From the NCBI GenBank assembly GCA_032718475.1, contig JAUCBJ010006353.1, forward strand, positions 1-32,411: DNA of 32,411 bases, in the 5' to 3' direction. The position numbers and the translations under genes are program-made. The stretch's first letter is position 1, and each line of letters begins with the position of its first letter. Under the pieces are notes generated by a model. The model was not told the DNA's origin and did no database searches. It was given only the letters and a program-made list of their open reading frames with translations. This DNA is from Nemertoderma westbladi. Its lineage: Eukaryota > Animalia > Xenacoelomorpha. Of the stretch, positions 10,701 through 22,045 are shown piece by piece.

Positions 10701-12292
10701 TTGTCTCCAACAACGCAACACCTAAGCTGTAGCACTCCTCTATTTGGGCAGTGTCTCCAACACCTTAGCTGTAGCACTCCTCTATTTTGGCAGTGTCTCC
10801 AACACCTTAGCTGTAGCACTCGTCTATGTGGGCAGTGTCTCCAACAACGCAACACCTAAGCTGTAGCACTCCTCTATTTGGGCAGTGTCTCCAACACCTA
10901 AGCTGTAGCACTCCTCTATTTGGGCAGTGTCTCCAACACCTTAGCTGTAGCACTCGTCTATGTGGGCAGTGTCTCCAACACCTTAGCTGTAGCGCTCCTC
11001 TATTTGGGCAGTGTCTCCAACACCTTAGCTGTAGCACTCGTCTATGTGGGCATTGTCTCCAACACCTTAGCTGCAGCACTCCTATATGCAACACCTTAGC
11101 TGCAGCACTCCTATATGTGGGCAGTGTCTCCAACACCTTAGCTGTAGCACTCCTATATGTGGGCAGTGTCTCCAACACCTTAGCTGTAGCACTCGTCTAT
11201 GTGGGCATTGTCTCCAACACCTTAGCTGCAGCACTCCTATATGCAACACCTTAGCTGCAGCACTCCTATATGTGGGCAGTGTCTCCAACACCTTAGCTGT
11301 AGCACTCCTATATGTGGGCAGTGTCTCCAACAACGCAACACCTAAGCTGTAGCACTCCTCTATTTGGGCAGTGTCTCCAACACCTTAGCTGTAGCACTCC
11401 TATATGTGGGCAGTGTCTCCAACACCTTAGCTGTAGCACTCCTATATGTGGGCAGTGTCTCCAACACCTTAGCTGTAGCACTCCTATATGTGGGCAGTGT
11501 CTCCAACACCTTAGCTGTAGCACTCCTATATGTGGGCAGTGTCTCCAACAACGCAACACCTAAGCTGTAGCACTCCTCTATTTGGGCAGTGTCTCCAACA
11601 CCTTAGCTGTAGCACTCCTATATGTGGGCAGTGTCTCCAACACCTAAGCTGTAGCACTCCTCTATTTGGGCAGTGTCTCCAACACCTTAGCTGTAGCACT
11701 CCTCTATTTGGGCAGTGTCTCCAACACCTTAGCTGCAGCACTCCTATATGTGGGCAGTGTCTCCAACACCTTAGCTGTAGCACTCGTCTATGTGGGCAGT
11801 GTCTCCAACACCTTAGCTGTAGCACTCGTTTATGTGGGCAGTGTCTCCAACACATTAGCTGCAGCACTCCTATATGTGGGCAGTGTCTCCAACACCTTAG
11901 CTGCAGCACTCCTCTATTTGGGAAGTGTCTCCAACACCTATGCTGTAGCACTCCTCTATTTGGGCAGTGTCTCCAACACCTTAGCTGTAGCACTCGTCTA
12001 TGTGGGCATTGTCTCCAACACCTTAGCTGCAGCACTCCTATATGCAACACCTTAGCTGCAGCACTCCTATATGTGGGCAGTGTCTCCAACACCTTAGCTG
12101 TAGCACTCCTCTATTTGGGCAGTGTCTCCAACACCTTAGCTGTAGCACTCGTCTATGTGGGCAGTGTCTCCAACACCTTAGCTGCAGCACTCCTATATGT
12201 GGGCAGTGTCTCCAACACCTTAGCTGCAGCACTCCTCTATTTGGGAAGTGTCTCCAACACCTATGCTGCAGCACTCCTCTATGTGGGCAGTG
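7705..12292 (+). repeat. 42-bp mini/satellite array (CAACACCTTAGCTG(T/C)AGCACTCCT(C/A)TATGTGGGCAGTGTCTC), roughly 108 units, with higher-order structure
   Basis: Direct reading; recurrent length variants (CAACAACGCAACACCTAAG insertion, CTATATGCAACAC deletion, CACTCTCTCTAT). Confidence 0.98.
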
Positions 12293-12511
12293 AGCTTTCT
12301 TTGCTGGAGGTCCAATGTCAGAAAAATGGAATGAAACCGTCTAATGTATTTATACTTGAAAATAAAACGACCAGACAGATTACATTTTAATAAAGTATCC
12401 AAAATTTATTTTAGGCTACTTTCAGTGTTTTTGTGGCATTATTATTTATTATTATTATTAAGCGAATAATCTGATCTTCAAAACGCTACGATTTATTAGT
12501 TACGCTTCGAT

Positions 12512-12714
12512 ATGAATATACTAATCACGATATTTATAGTAACCAACATCTATAGAATACAATGCGACCCAACCGGTGGACCCAGTTGTCATAGAGCTGT
12601 TACCTTTGGAAAAGGCCCAAATGGATTACATGAAAATTATCAACTGGTAAATCATATAATAGCGAACATCTCTGCATCAGTTTCTAGAATACAATGCGGA
12701 AGATTGTGTACCAG
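12512..12714 (+). CDS. Coding exon 1 of a probably secreted PAN/apple-domain protein
   Basis: ATG, hydrophobic N-terminus MNILITIFIV, NYQLVNHII...SRIQCGRLCT, then AG|GTAATT donor in phase 2. Confidence 0.8.
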
Positions 12715-12767
12715 GTAATTGGGAATCTTTATAAACCTGTAGGAAGGTAAATAAAGTAAGAGTATTT

Positions 12768-15700
12768 CACTGAGTAGACCAGGCCTTATTGTTTATTATT
12801 TACTTATCTTGTTACTTGTTTACCTACACTTGAGTAGGCCAGGCATTATTGTTTATTATTTACCTATCTTGTTACTTGTTTACCTACACTGAGTAGACCA
12901 GACCTTATTGTTTATTATTTACCTGTCTTGTTACTTGTTTACCTACACTGAGTAGACCAGACCTTATTGTTTATTATTTACCTGTCTTGTTACTTGTTTA
13001 CCTACACTGAGTAGGCCATGCCTTCTTGTTTATTATTTACCTATCTTGTTACTTGTTTACCTACACTGAGTAGACCAGACCTTCTTGTTTATTATTTACC
13101 TATCTTGTTACTTGTTTACCTACACTGAGTAGGCCATGCCTTCTTGTTTATTATTTACCTATCTTGTTACTTGTTTACCTACACTGAGTAGACCAGACCT
13201 TATTGTTTATTATTTTATCTTGTTACTTGTTTACCTACACTGAGTAGGGCAGGCCTTCTTGTTTATTGTTTACCTATCTTGATACTTGTTTACCTACACT
13301 GAGTAGGCCATGCCTTCTTGTTTATTATTTACCTGTCTTGTTACTTGTTTACCTACACTGAGTAGGCCATGCCTTCTTGTTTATTATTTACTTATCTTGT
13401 TACTTGTTTACCTACACTGAGTAGGGCAGGCCTTCTTGTTTATTATTTACCTGTCTTGTTACTTGTTTACCTACACTGAGTAGGCCATGCCTTCTTGTTT
13501 ATTATTTACTTATCTTGTTACTTGTTTACCTACACTGAGTAGGCCATGCCTTCTTGTTTATTATTTATCTATCTTGTTACTTGTTTACCTACACTGAGTA
13601 GACCAGACCTTATTGTTTATTATTTTATCTTGTTACTTGTTTACCTACACTGAGTAGGGCAGGCCTTCTTGTTTATTGTTTACCTATCTTGATACTTGTT
13701 TACCTACACTGAGTAGGCCATGCCTTCTTGTTTATTATTTACCTGTCTTGTTACTTGTTTACCTACACTGAGTAGGCCATGCCTTCTTGTTTATTATTTA
13801 CCTATCTTGTTACTTGTTTACCTACACTGAGTAGGCCATGCCTTCTTGTTTATTATTTACTTATCTTGTTACTTGTTTACCTACACTGAGTAGGCCATGC
13901 CTTCTTGTTTATTATTTACCTATCTTGTTTCTTGTTTACCTACACTGAGTAGGCCAGGCCTTCTTGTTTATTATTTACTTATCTTGTTACTTGTTTACCT
14001 ACACTGAGTAGGCCAGGCCTTCTTGTTTATTATTTACCTGTCTTGTTACTTGTTTACCTACACTGAGTAGGCCATGCCTTCTTGTTTATTATTTACCTAT
14101 CTTGTTACTTGTTTACCTACACTGAGTAGACCAGACCTTATTGTTTATTATTTTATCTTGTTACTTGTTTACCTACACTGAGTAGGGCAGGCCTTCTTGT
14201 TTATTGTTTACCTATCTTGATACTTGTTTACCTACACTGAGTAGGCCATGCCTTCTTGTTTATTATTTACCTGTCTTGTTACTTGTTTACCTACACTGAG
14301 TAGGCCATGCCTTCTTGTTTATTATTTACCTATATTGTTACTTGTTTACCTACACTGAGTAGACCAGACCTTATTGTTTATTATTTTATCTTGTTACTTG
14401 TTTACCTACACTGAGTATGGCAGGCCTTCTTGTTTATTGTTTACCTATCTTGATACTTGTTTACCTACACTGAGTAGGCCATGCCTTCTTGTTTATTATT
14501 TACCTGTCTTGTTACTTGTTTACCTACACTGAGTAGGCCAAGCCTTCTTGTTTATTATTTACCTATCTTGTTACTTGTTTACCTACACTGAGTAGACCAG
14601 ACCTTATTGTTTATTATTTTATCTTGTTACTTGTTTACCTACACTGAGTAGGGCAGGCCTTCTTGTTTATTGTTTACCTATCTTGATACTTGTTTACCTA
14701 CACTGAGTAGACCAGACCTTATTGTTTATTATTTACCTGTCTTGTTACTTGTTTACCTACACTGAGTAGGCCATGCCTTCTTGTTTATTATTCACCTATC
14801 TTGTTACTTGTTTACCTACACTGAGTAGACCAGACCTTATTGTTTATTATTTTATCTTGTTACTTGTTTACCTACACTGAGTAGGGCAGGCCTTCTTGTT
14901 TATTGTTTACCTATCTTGATACTTGTTTACCTACACTGAGTAGGCCATGCCTTCTTGTTTATTATTTACCTGTCTTGTTACTTGTTTACCTACACTGAGT
15001 AGGCCATGCCTTATTGTTTATTATTTACCTATCATTTTACTTGTTTACCTACACTGAGTAGGGCAGACCTTCTTGTTTATTATTTACCTATCTTGATACT
15101 TGTTTACCTACACTGAGTAGACCAGACCTTCTTGTTTATTATTTACTTATCTTGTTACTTGTTTACCTACACTGAGTAGGTCATGCCTTATTGTTTATTA
15201 TTTACCTATCTTTTTACTTGTTTACCTACACTGAGTAGGGCAGACCTTCTTGTTTATTATTTACCTATCTTGATACTTGTTTACCTACACTGAGTAGGCC
15301 AGGCCTTCTTGTTTATTATTTACCTGTCTTGTTACTTGTTTACCTACACTGAGTAGGCCATGCCTTCTTGTTTATTATTTACTTATCTTGTTACTTGTTT
15401 ACCTACACTGAGTAGGCCATGCCTTCTTGTTTATTATTTACCTATTTTGTTACTTGTTTACCTACACTGAGTTGGGCAGGCCTTCTTGTTTATTATTTAC
15501 CTATCTTGTTACTTGTTTACCTACACTGAGTAGGGCAGGCCTTCTTGTTTATTATTTACCTATCTTGATACTTGTTTACCTACACTGAGTAGACCAGACC
15601 TTATTGTTTATTATTTACCTATCTTGATACTTGTTTACCTACACTGAGTAGACCAGACCTTCTTGTTTATTATTTACCTATCTTGTTACTTGTTTACCTA

Positions 15701-17005
15701 CACTGAGTAGGGCAGGCCTTCTTGTTTATTATTTACCTATCTTGATACTTGTTTACCTACACTGAGTAGACCAGACCTTCTTGTTTATTATTTACTTATC
15801 TTGTTACTTGTTTACCTACACTGAGTAGGCCATGCCTTCTTGTTTATTATTTACCTATTTTGTTACTTGTTTACCTACACTGAGTAGGCCATGCCTTATT
15901 GTTTATTATTTACCTATCTTTTTACTTGTTTACCTACACTGAGTAGGGCAGACCTTCTTGTTTATTATTTACCTATCTTGATACTTGTTTACCTACACTG
16001 AGTAGACCAGACCTTCTTGTTTATTATTTACTCATCTTGTTACTTGTTTACCTACACTTGAGTAGGCCAGGCCTTCTTGTTTATTATTTACTTATCTTGT
16101 TACTTGTTTACCTACACTTGAGTAGGCAGACCTTCTTGTTTATTATTTACCTATCTTGTTACTTGTTTACCTACACTGAGTAGACCAGACCTTATTGTTT
16201 ATTATTTTATCTTGTTACTTGTTTACCTACACTGAGTAGGGCAGGCCTTCTTGTTTATTGTTTACCTATCTTGATACTTGTTTACCTACACTGAGTAGGC
16301 CATGCCTTCTTGTTTATTATTTACCTATCTTGATACTTGTTTACCTACACTGAGTAGGCCATGCCTTCTTGTTTATTATTTACCTATCTTTTTACTTGTT
16401 TACCTACACTGAGTAGGGCAGGCCTTCTTGTTTATTATTTACCTATCTTGTTACTTGTTTACCTACACTGAGTAGGCCATGCCTTCTTGTTTATTATTTA
16501 CCTATCTTGTTACTTGTTTACCTACACTGAGTAGGCCAGGCCTTCTTGTTTATTATTTACTTATCTTGTTACTTGTTTACCTACACTGAGTAGGGCAGGC
16601 CTTCTTGTTTATTATTTACCTATCTTGTTACTTGTTTACCTACACTGAGTAGGGCAGACCTTCTTGTTTATTATTTACCTGTCTTGTTACTTATTTACCT
16701 ACACTGAGTAGGCCATGCCTTCTTGTTTATTATTTACCTATCTTGTTACTTGTTTACCTACACTGAGTAGGCCAGGCCTTCTTGTTTATTATTTACCTAT
16801 CTTGTTACTTGTTTACCTACACTGAGTAGGGCAGGCCTTCATGTTTATTATTTACCTATCTTGTTACTTGTTTACCTACACTGAGTAGACCAGACCTTAT
16901 TGTTTATTATTTTATCTTGTTACTTGTTTACCTACACTGAGTAGGGCAGGCCTTCTTGTTTATTGTTTACCTATCTTGATACTTGTTTACCTACACTGAG
17001 TAGGC
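12768..17005 (+). repeat. 59-bp intronic satellite (CACTGAGTAGGCCATGCCTTCTTGTTTATTATTTACCTATCTTGTTACTTGTTTACCTA), roughly 72 units
   Basis: Direct reading; 56-bp and 60-bp variants; ends exactly at the TG of the gypsy LTR. Confidence 0.98.
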
Positions 17006-17198
17006 TGTAGTGGAGAAAGAACTAGGTACTGTATAATATATGTTTTTGCCCCTACCGGTCATGTCGGCAGTACTGCACTACTTCTTTTATGATTTGATCA
17101 CTGATTATTATTATATACTCTTTGACACAACAGGCCTATTTCAGTATTTGTTATGTTTATACAGATAGATCCCCAGCCTGACAGCTTAGGGATTTATA
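17006..17198 (+). repeat. 5' LTR
   Basis: Starts TGTAGTGGAG; 17006-17171 matches 21529-21694 at 163/166; the 3' end is inferred from the PBS position. Confidence 0.88.
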
Positions 17199-17199
17199 T

Positions 17200-17217
17200 T
17201 GGTGACCCGGACGAGAT
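17200..17217 (+). promoter_or_regulatory. Primer binding site, tRNA-Trp
   Basis: TGGTGACCCGGACGAGAT versus TGGTGACCCCGACGTGAT (complement of the vertebrate tRNA-Trp 3' end as recalled); Trp priming is characteristic of the CsRn1 clade. Confidence 0.85.
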
Positions 17218-17361
17218 ACGAGATTAAAATAAATAAACAAAAAAAAAACTACTGTTTGTAATTATTTTTACTAATAAACTTTACTATCTTAATTATTATA
17301 TTTGTATATTGGAATACAAACACGGTGCCGGTAGTCAAAATTCGAATACTCCATTTCATGA

Positions 17362-18297
17362 ATGACTACAAACTCAGTAAACCCGGGTAAAACAAATTCA
17401 TTAACACAGCCATCGGAGGCAACCGGGAGTGGAGCTGGAGCTAACGGCAATGTTGGGGCCGGATCAAATGTTCCTGTGACAAAAGTTGCTGTAAAACCAC
17501 CACCGTTCTATCGCTCAAATCCCAATGTTTGGTTTCGATCTCTCGAGTCTCAGTTCGCATTGGCGGGAGTATCAGTAGATTCAACAAAATTCCATTACGT
17601 AATCGCCAATTTACCAGAGGACGTTGCTCTCAATATACCTACGGATACCATTACTTATGATGGATTAAAAACAATGATCTTACAACTTTACCAAAAGACT
17701 AAAACAGAACTATTAGAAGAAGCCCTTGGGCAGGTTTCCCTAGAAGGACAAAAGCCCTCATTAGCGTATCTCCGAATAAAGAGGAAATTGCAGGAGTGCA
17801 ACTTGACAGCAGACGATGACGTTGTACGGCACAAGTTAATGCAAGCAATCCCTATAACTGCACAGGCTGCACTCAGTGCCCATCTAAGTCTACCACCAGA
17901 AGAGTTTGCAACGCTGGCCGATACTATAATCCAGTTTACCTCCGCCATACCGGTACCTATGCAGGTTCAACCTGTAACTCAGCAACCTCAACAGATGGGG
18001 GTGTCAAGGATAAATTATAGACAAGGGGGCAGCGCATCCGGATACGAGCGACAAACAGCTAGAAATAGCAATTATGGGTCGGCCAACCACAATGCTGAGA
18101 GCACGATACATCCATTCAGTACTGGCCAACGACCAAAAATCTGCCGATTCCATATTTTCTTTGGTGAAAAAGCAAAATATTGTAAACCATGGTGCCGTTG
18201 GCCAGGACGGAAACCTAACTATATGCTAAGTTCCTCCAGAGGTAATTCCCCTTCCAGCGGGCGTTCAAGAAATAACTCAGAAGGATCGGAAAACTAG
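17362..18297 (+). CDS. gag: Gag (intact, 311 aa)
   Basis: VKPPPFYRSNPNVWFRSLESQF, TKFHYVIANL, C-terminal CRFHIFFGEKAKYCKPWC (Cx2Hx9Cx3C). Confidence 0.92.
   Translation: MTTNSVNPGKTNSLTQPSEATGSGAGANGNVGAGSNVPVTKVAVKPPPFYRSNPNVWFRSLESQFALAGVSVDSTKFHYVIANLPEDVALNIPTDTITYDGLKTMILQLYQKTKTELLEEALGQVSLEGQKPSLAYLRIKRKLQECNLTADDDVVRHKLMQAIPITAQAALSAHLSLPPEEFATLADTIIQFTSAIPVPMQVQPVTQQPQQMGVSRINYRQGGSASGYERQTARNSNYGSANHNAESTIHPFSTGQRPKICRFHIFFGEKAKYCKPWCRWPGRKPNYMLSSSRGNSPSSGRSRNNSEGSEN
18288..18294 (+). promoter_or_regulatory. Candidate -1 ribosomal frameshift site G GAA AAC
   Basis: Immediately before gag TAG; the -1 frame is open from here into FLIDTGSQAS. Confidence 0.65.
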
Positions 18298-21200
18298 ATA
18301 CCCTCGGTATTAATGCTGCAAATGCTGAGGGGGGAATTTCTGCCGTTTTTAAATGTACCGCAGCAATCGTCGACTCAGCAAACTCACAGGAGCAATGGAT
18401 AGAATTCTTAATAGATACTGGATCACAAGCTTCTATATTAAAACCGGCTGTGGCCAAGTTTTTAATTTGGGAACATACAACAACTCAATTACATACGGCA
18501 TCAGGATCAAATATTATAGTACATGGTAAAGCTTCAGTTCGAGTCAAATTACTCCGGCGAATATTTACCTGGACTTTTTATATAGCTGATGTTAATGATA
18601 ATATAATAGGGATGGATTTCTTATCCCAATTTGGACTCATACTGGACTGCGGAAAACGTTTAATTATAGATAAAACAACGCAACTTTCAACACAATTAAA
18701 GATGGCACAGACACAAAGTTCAATGATTCAAAAAGTTTCAATTTCACATCCAGATGAACGATTTAACATTCTACTTCAGCAATACAGCGAATTGTTTGAT
18801 CCAGCTTGTGCATTTAGTGGCCCTGCAACAACAGACACTGTACATAAAATTATAACCAATGATACACAGCCAATTTACTCAAAACCACGGCAACTGAGTG
18901 GTCATAAGCTAGCAATTGCAAAACAGGTGTTTAATGATTTAAGTGAAAAAGGAATTGTTCGTCCATCTACAAGCCCATGGGCTTCGCCACTACATATGGC
19001 ACCAAAGAACAACTCAAAAGATCAATGGCGTCCTTGCGGTGATTATAGAGGCTTGAATCGTGTTACTGAGCCAGACAGATATCCAGTACCCCATATTAGC
19101 CATTTTCATAACCAGATTAAAGGCTCAACCATATTTAGTAAGATCGATTTAGTGCGTGCTTATAACCAGATTGAAATGTCACCTGATGATATAAACACCT
19201 TTTGGGTTATTCGAGTTCAACCGTATGCCATATGGATTAAAAAATGCAGCTCAGACAATGCAAAGATATATGAACAAAGCATTGGTTGGCCTCGATTTCG
19301 TAGTCATTTATATAGACGATGTTCTGATTCACTCTAAAACAATAGAAGAACACTATAAACACTTACAGATGGTTTTTCAACGTTTACGGCTATATGGCCT
19401 TAAGGTTAATTACTCAAAATGTGAGTGGTTGAAACCTCAGATAGTTTTTCTGGGTTATCTGATATCACATCAAGGAATTGCCCCACCACCAGAACGTGTG
19501 AAATGTCTAACAGCACTTCCAGAGCCAACCAACTACATGGAACCACGCCGCATTTTGGGGATGTTCAACTATTATAGACGTCATATACCAAAATATAGTG
19601 TTATAACAGATCCTTTACAGACATTGTTGAATAAAACTCAACCAAATAGAAAGAAATTACCTCAGAGAAACTTTACTGAAGACGAATGGAAAGTGGAACA
19701 TTCTAATGCCTTCTCAGCATTAAAAAGTGGATTAGTTGAAGCAGTGTTACTACATTATCCATCAACCGATGACCGCCCATTAACACTCTCACATGTGTCA
19801 GTGATGCTTCTAATGTTGCAATAGGTGGAGCACTACATGAATATTTATCAGAAACAGAAACTATACCATTGGGTTTTTATTCGCGGCGACTTACTGAGAA
19901 AGAACGTTCATTGGCAACCTTTGATCGTGAGTTGCTTGCAGCTTATGAGATAACGAAACATTTTAGAGATACAATAGAGGGGCGTGAAGTCACAATATTT
20001 ACTGATCATAAACCTTTAGTCGGAGCATTCAATAAAACTGAAAGTTTATCACCCAGACACCAACGACAATTATCATATTTAGCTGAATATATTGACAGCG
20101 TAGAATTCATACCTGGAGACACCAATGTTGTTGCTGATACCCTGTCTAGGCAGGTTACTGCAACCATAGTGGATGCATTCGGTTTAGATAATATAGCAGA
20201 CGCTCAACAACTAGATGAGAATATATTAAAAAACCCAAATTCGTTCAATGTTAAAACATTTCAAACTGCTTCTGGAAAATCAGTCCTCTGTGATACTAGC
20301 ACTGTTTTTCCACGGCCTATTATTCCATATAGTCATCATAAAATAATTTTTAATGAACTTCATAACTTGTCTCATCCTGGAATTAAAGCTACTACTAGAT
20401 TGATAACAGATCGATATATTTGGAATAATGCAAAACGGGATATTAGACAAATGTGTCAAGATTGCATACAATGTCAAAAAGCCAAAATTATAAAACATAC
20501 AAAGGCCCCATTAGAAACATTTCCATTGTCAGTTTTTCGTTTTTCTCACGTACATACTGACATAGTTGGACCATTGCCACCGGTTCCAAATTATCCCTAT
20601 CGTTATGTTGTTACATTTATAGATCGCGCTACTAATTGGGCTGAAGCTACACCAGTTGACACAATTACCGCAGAAGCCACGGCTATTGCTTTTATAGATT
20701 CGTGGTTCTCGAGGTTTGGAGTACCTTTACATTTAACGACTGACCGTGGTTCACAATTCGAATCAGAATTGTTTAATCAAGTATCAAAGTTGATTGGATT
20801 TTATAGACTGAGAACTAGTAGTTATCATCCAATTGCAAATGGAAAAATAGAAAGATTTCATAAAGGACTAAAAGCATCATTAAAGGCCCGTGAATCAGAT
20901 TGGTTAATGTCATTACCAATTATTCTTTTTAGTTACAGAATAACTCCATCACATATAACAGGGATTTCGCCTTTCGAATTGGTGACTGGTACTTCTACAT
21001 TGATTCCATGCAGTCTGGTAGTGCCAACTGATGTTAAATTCAACAATGACTATGTACAGGCGCTTCACAAACATATTTCCGAACTAGGTTTTATCGCACA
21101 GTCGGAATATTTAGAACAGCCAGATCCAAATATCTATAGAAAAAGTTACTTACCTTAAGTTGCAGACTTGCGACCGAGTGTTTGTTCGTGTAGACAGAGT

Positions 21201-21489
21201 GCGAAAAGCTTTAGAAGCACCATACCAAGGTCCATTCTTAGTGCTAGAAAGATATTCGAAAGTTTTTAAATTGTTGCTACCAAGTGGACCAAAAGAGATT
21301 TCAATTGATCGATTAAAACCATATAGTAACTGCCGTCCAAAACAACCAAAAGACCCGGTACTAAAAACGAAACTGAAAGTAATACATTACGACAACGCAA
21401 TAGTTCCGGATGTGGAGTCAGTACCGGACGACTCGAATATAGACTCATTACGTATGCGTAGTGGAAAGAAGTATGTCAGATTTGTTTAA
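18288..21489 (+). pseudogene. pol: pol (protease, RT, RNase H, integrase with GPY/F) broken by at least three frameshifts
   Basis: FLIDTGS; SPWASPLHM; WRPCGDYRGLN; MPYGLKNAAQTMQR; YIDD; FDRELLA, TDHKPL, NVVADTLSR; HNLSHPG..CIQC; HTDIVGP, TTDRGSQF, NGKIERFH; PYQGPF. Breaks near 19195, 19790 and 21120-21160. Confidence 0.93.
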
Positions 21490-21514
21490 CTAAAGGTTAT
21501 ACATTCCATTTTTT

Positions 21515-21525
21515 GGTAGGGGGAG
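21515..21525 (+). promoter_or_regulatory. Polypurine tract
   Basis: GGTAGGGGGAG three bases before the 3' LTR. Confidence 0.85.
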
Positions 21526-21528
21526 TTG

Positions 21529-21694
21529 TGTAGTGGAGAAAGAACTAGGTACTGTATAATATATGTTTTTGCCCCTACTCGTGATGTCGGCAGTACTGCA
21601 CTACTTCTTTTATGATTTGATCACTGATTATTATTATATACTCTTTGACACAACAGGCCTATTTCAGTATTTGTTATGTTTATACAGATAGATC
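21529..21694 (+). repeat. 3' LTR, apparently truncated at its 3' end
   Basis: Match to the 5' LTR stops at GATAGATC, about 27 bp short of the PBS-defined end; no TSD visible. Confidence 0.88.
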
Positions 21695-21831
21695 GGGCTC
21701 AATGTGACGCTCTATTCTTGCATTCCATGTGTAAATGCCTATTATGGATAAGGATACGGCGAAAAGTTATACCCTAGTACAATGTTAAATAATAATTGTT
21801 AACATAAAAATACCTGCAATTTATTTATTAG

Positions 21832-22045
21832 GAATGTAAAATGTAAATCGTTCAACTATCGAAAAGTTAAAACTCTAGTGGCTGAAGGTAGAAGGACATT
21901 TACCTGCGAGTTAAATAATCAGTATGCAGAAGATGTACCAGATATTGATCTAATCCAATCTGGGTATTATGATTACATGGCATTTAGTGACAACGACACA
22001 CACTCAAGCCTGGAATCTTTCGATAAAGCCAATGCAGTTCTCCCA
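21832..22045 (+). CDS. Coding exon 2 of the PAN/apple-domain protein
   Basis: TTATTTATTAG|G acceptor completes Arg (AG+G); NVKCKSFNY...TCELNN...DLIQSGYYDY completes the PAN motif; CCA|GTAAGT phase-0 donor. Confidence 0.82.

Larger units (their letters stand above)
17006..21694 (+). mobile_element. Ty3/gypsy LTR retrotransposon, CsRn1/Kabuki clade, near full length, pol frameshifted
   Basis: Two LTRs, tRNA-Trp PBS, gag with CHCC knuckle, PR-RT-RH-IN order, PPT. Confidence 0.93.

Noticed and set aside
7713-12402. Cys/His-rich (QHLSCSTPLCGQCL, LQLRCWRHCPH) or hydrophobic repeat proteins
   Set aside because: Translations of a 42-bp satellite; frequent frame-breaking length variants and several equally open frames argue against coding selection.
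4478-17005. CRISPR-like arrays (31-59 bp periodicity)
   Set aside because: Units are head-to-tail with no unique spacers, there are no cas genes and the context is eukaryotic.
12768-17005. Recursive splice sites in the intronic satellite
   Set aside because: Pyrimidine tracts are followed by GAGTAG, not the AG|GT ratchet consensus.
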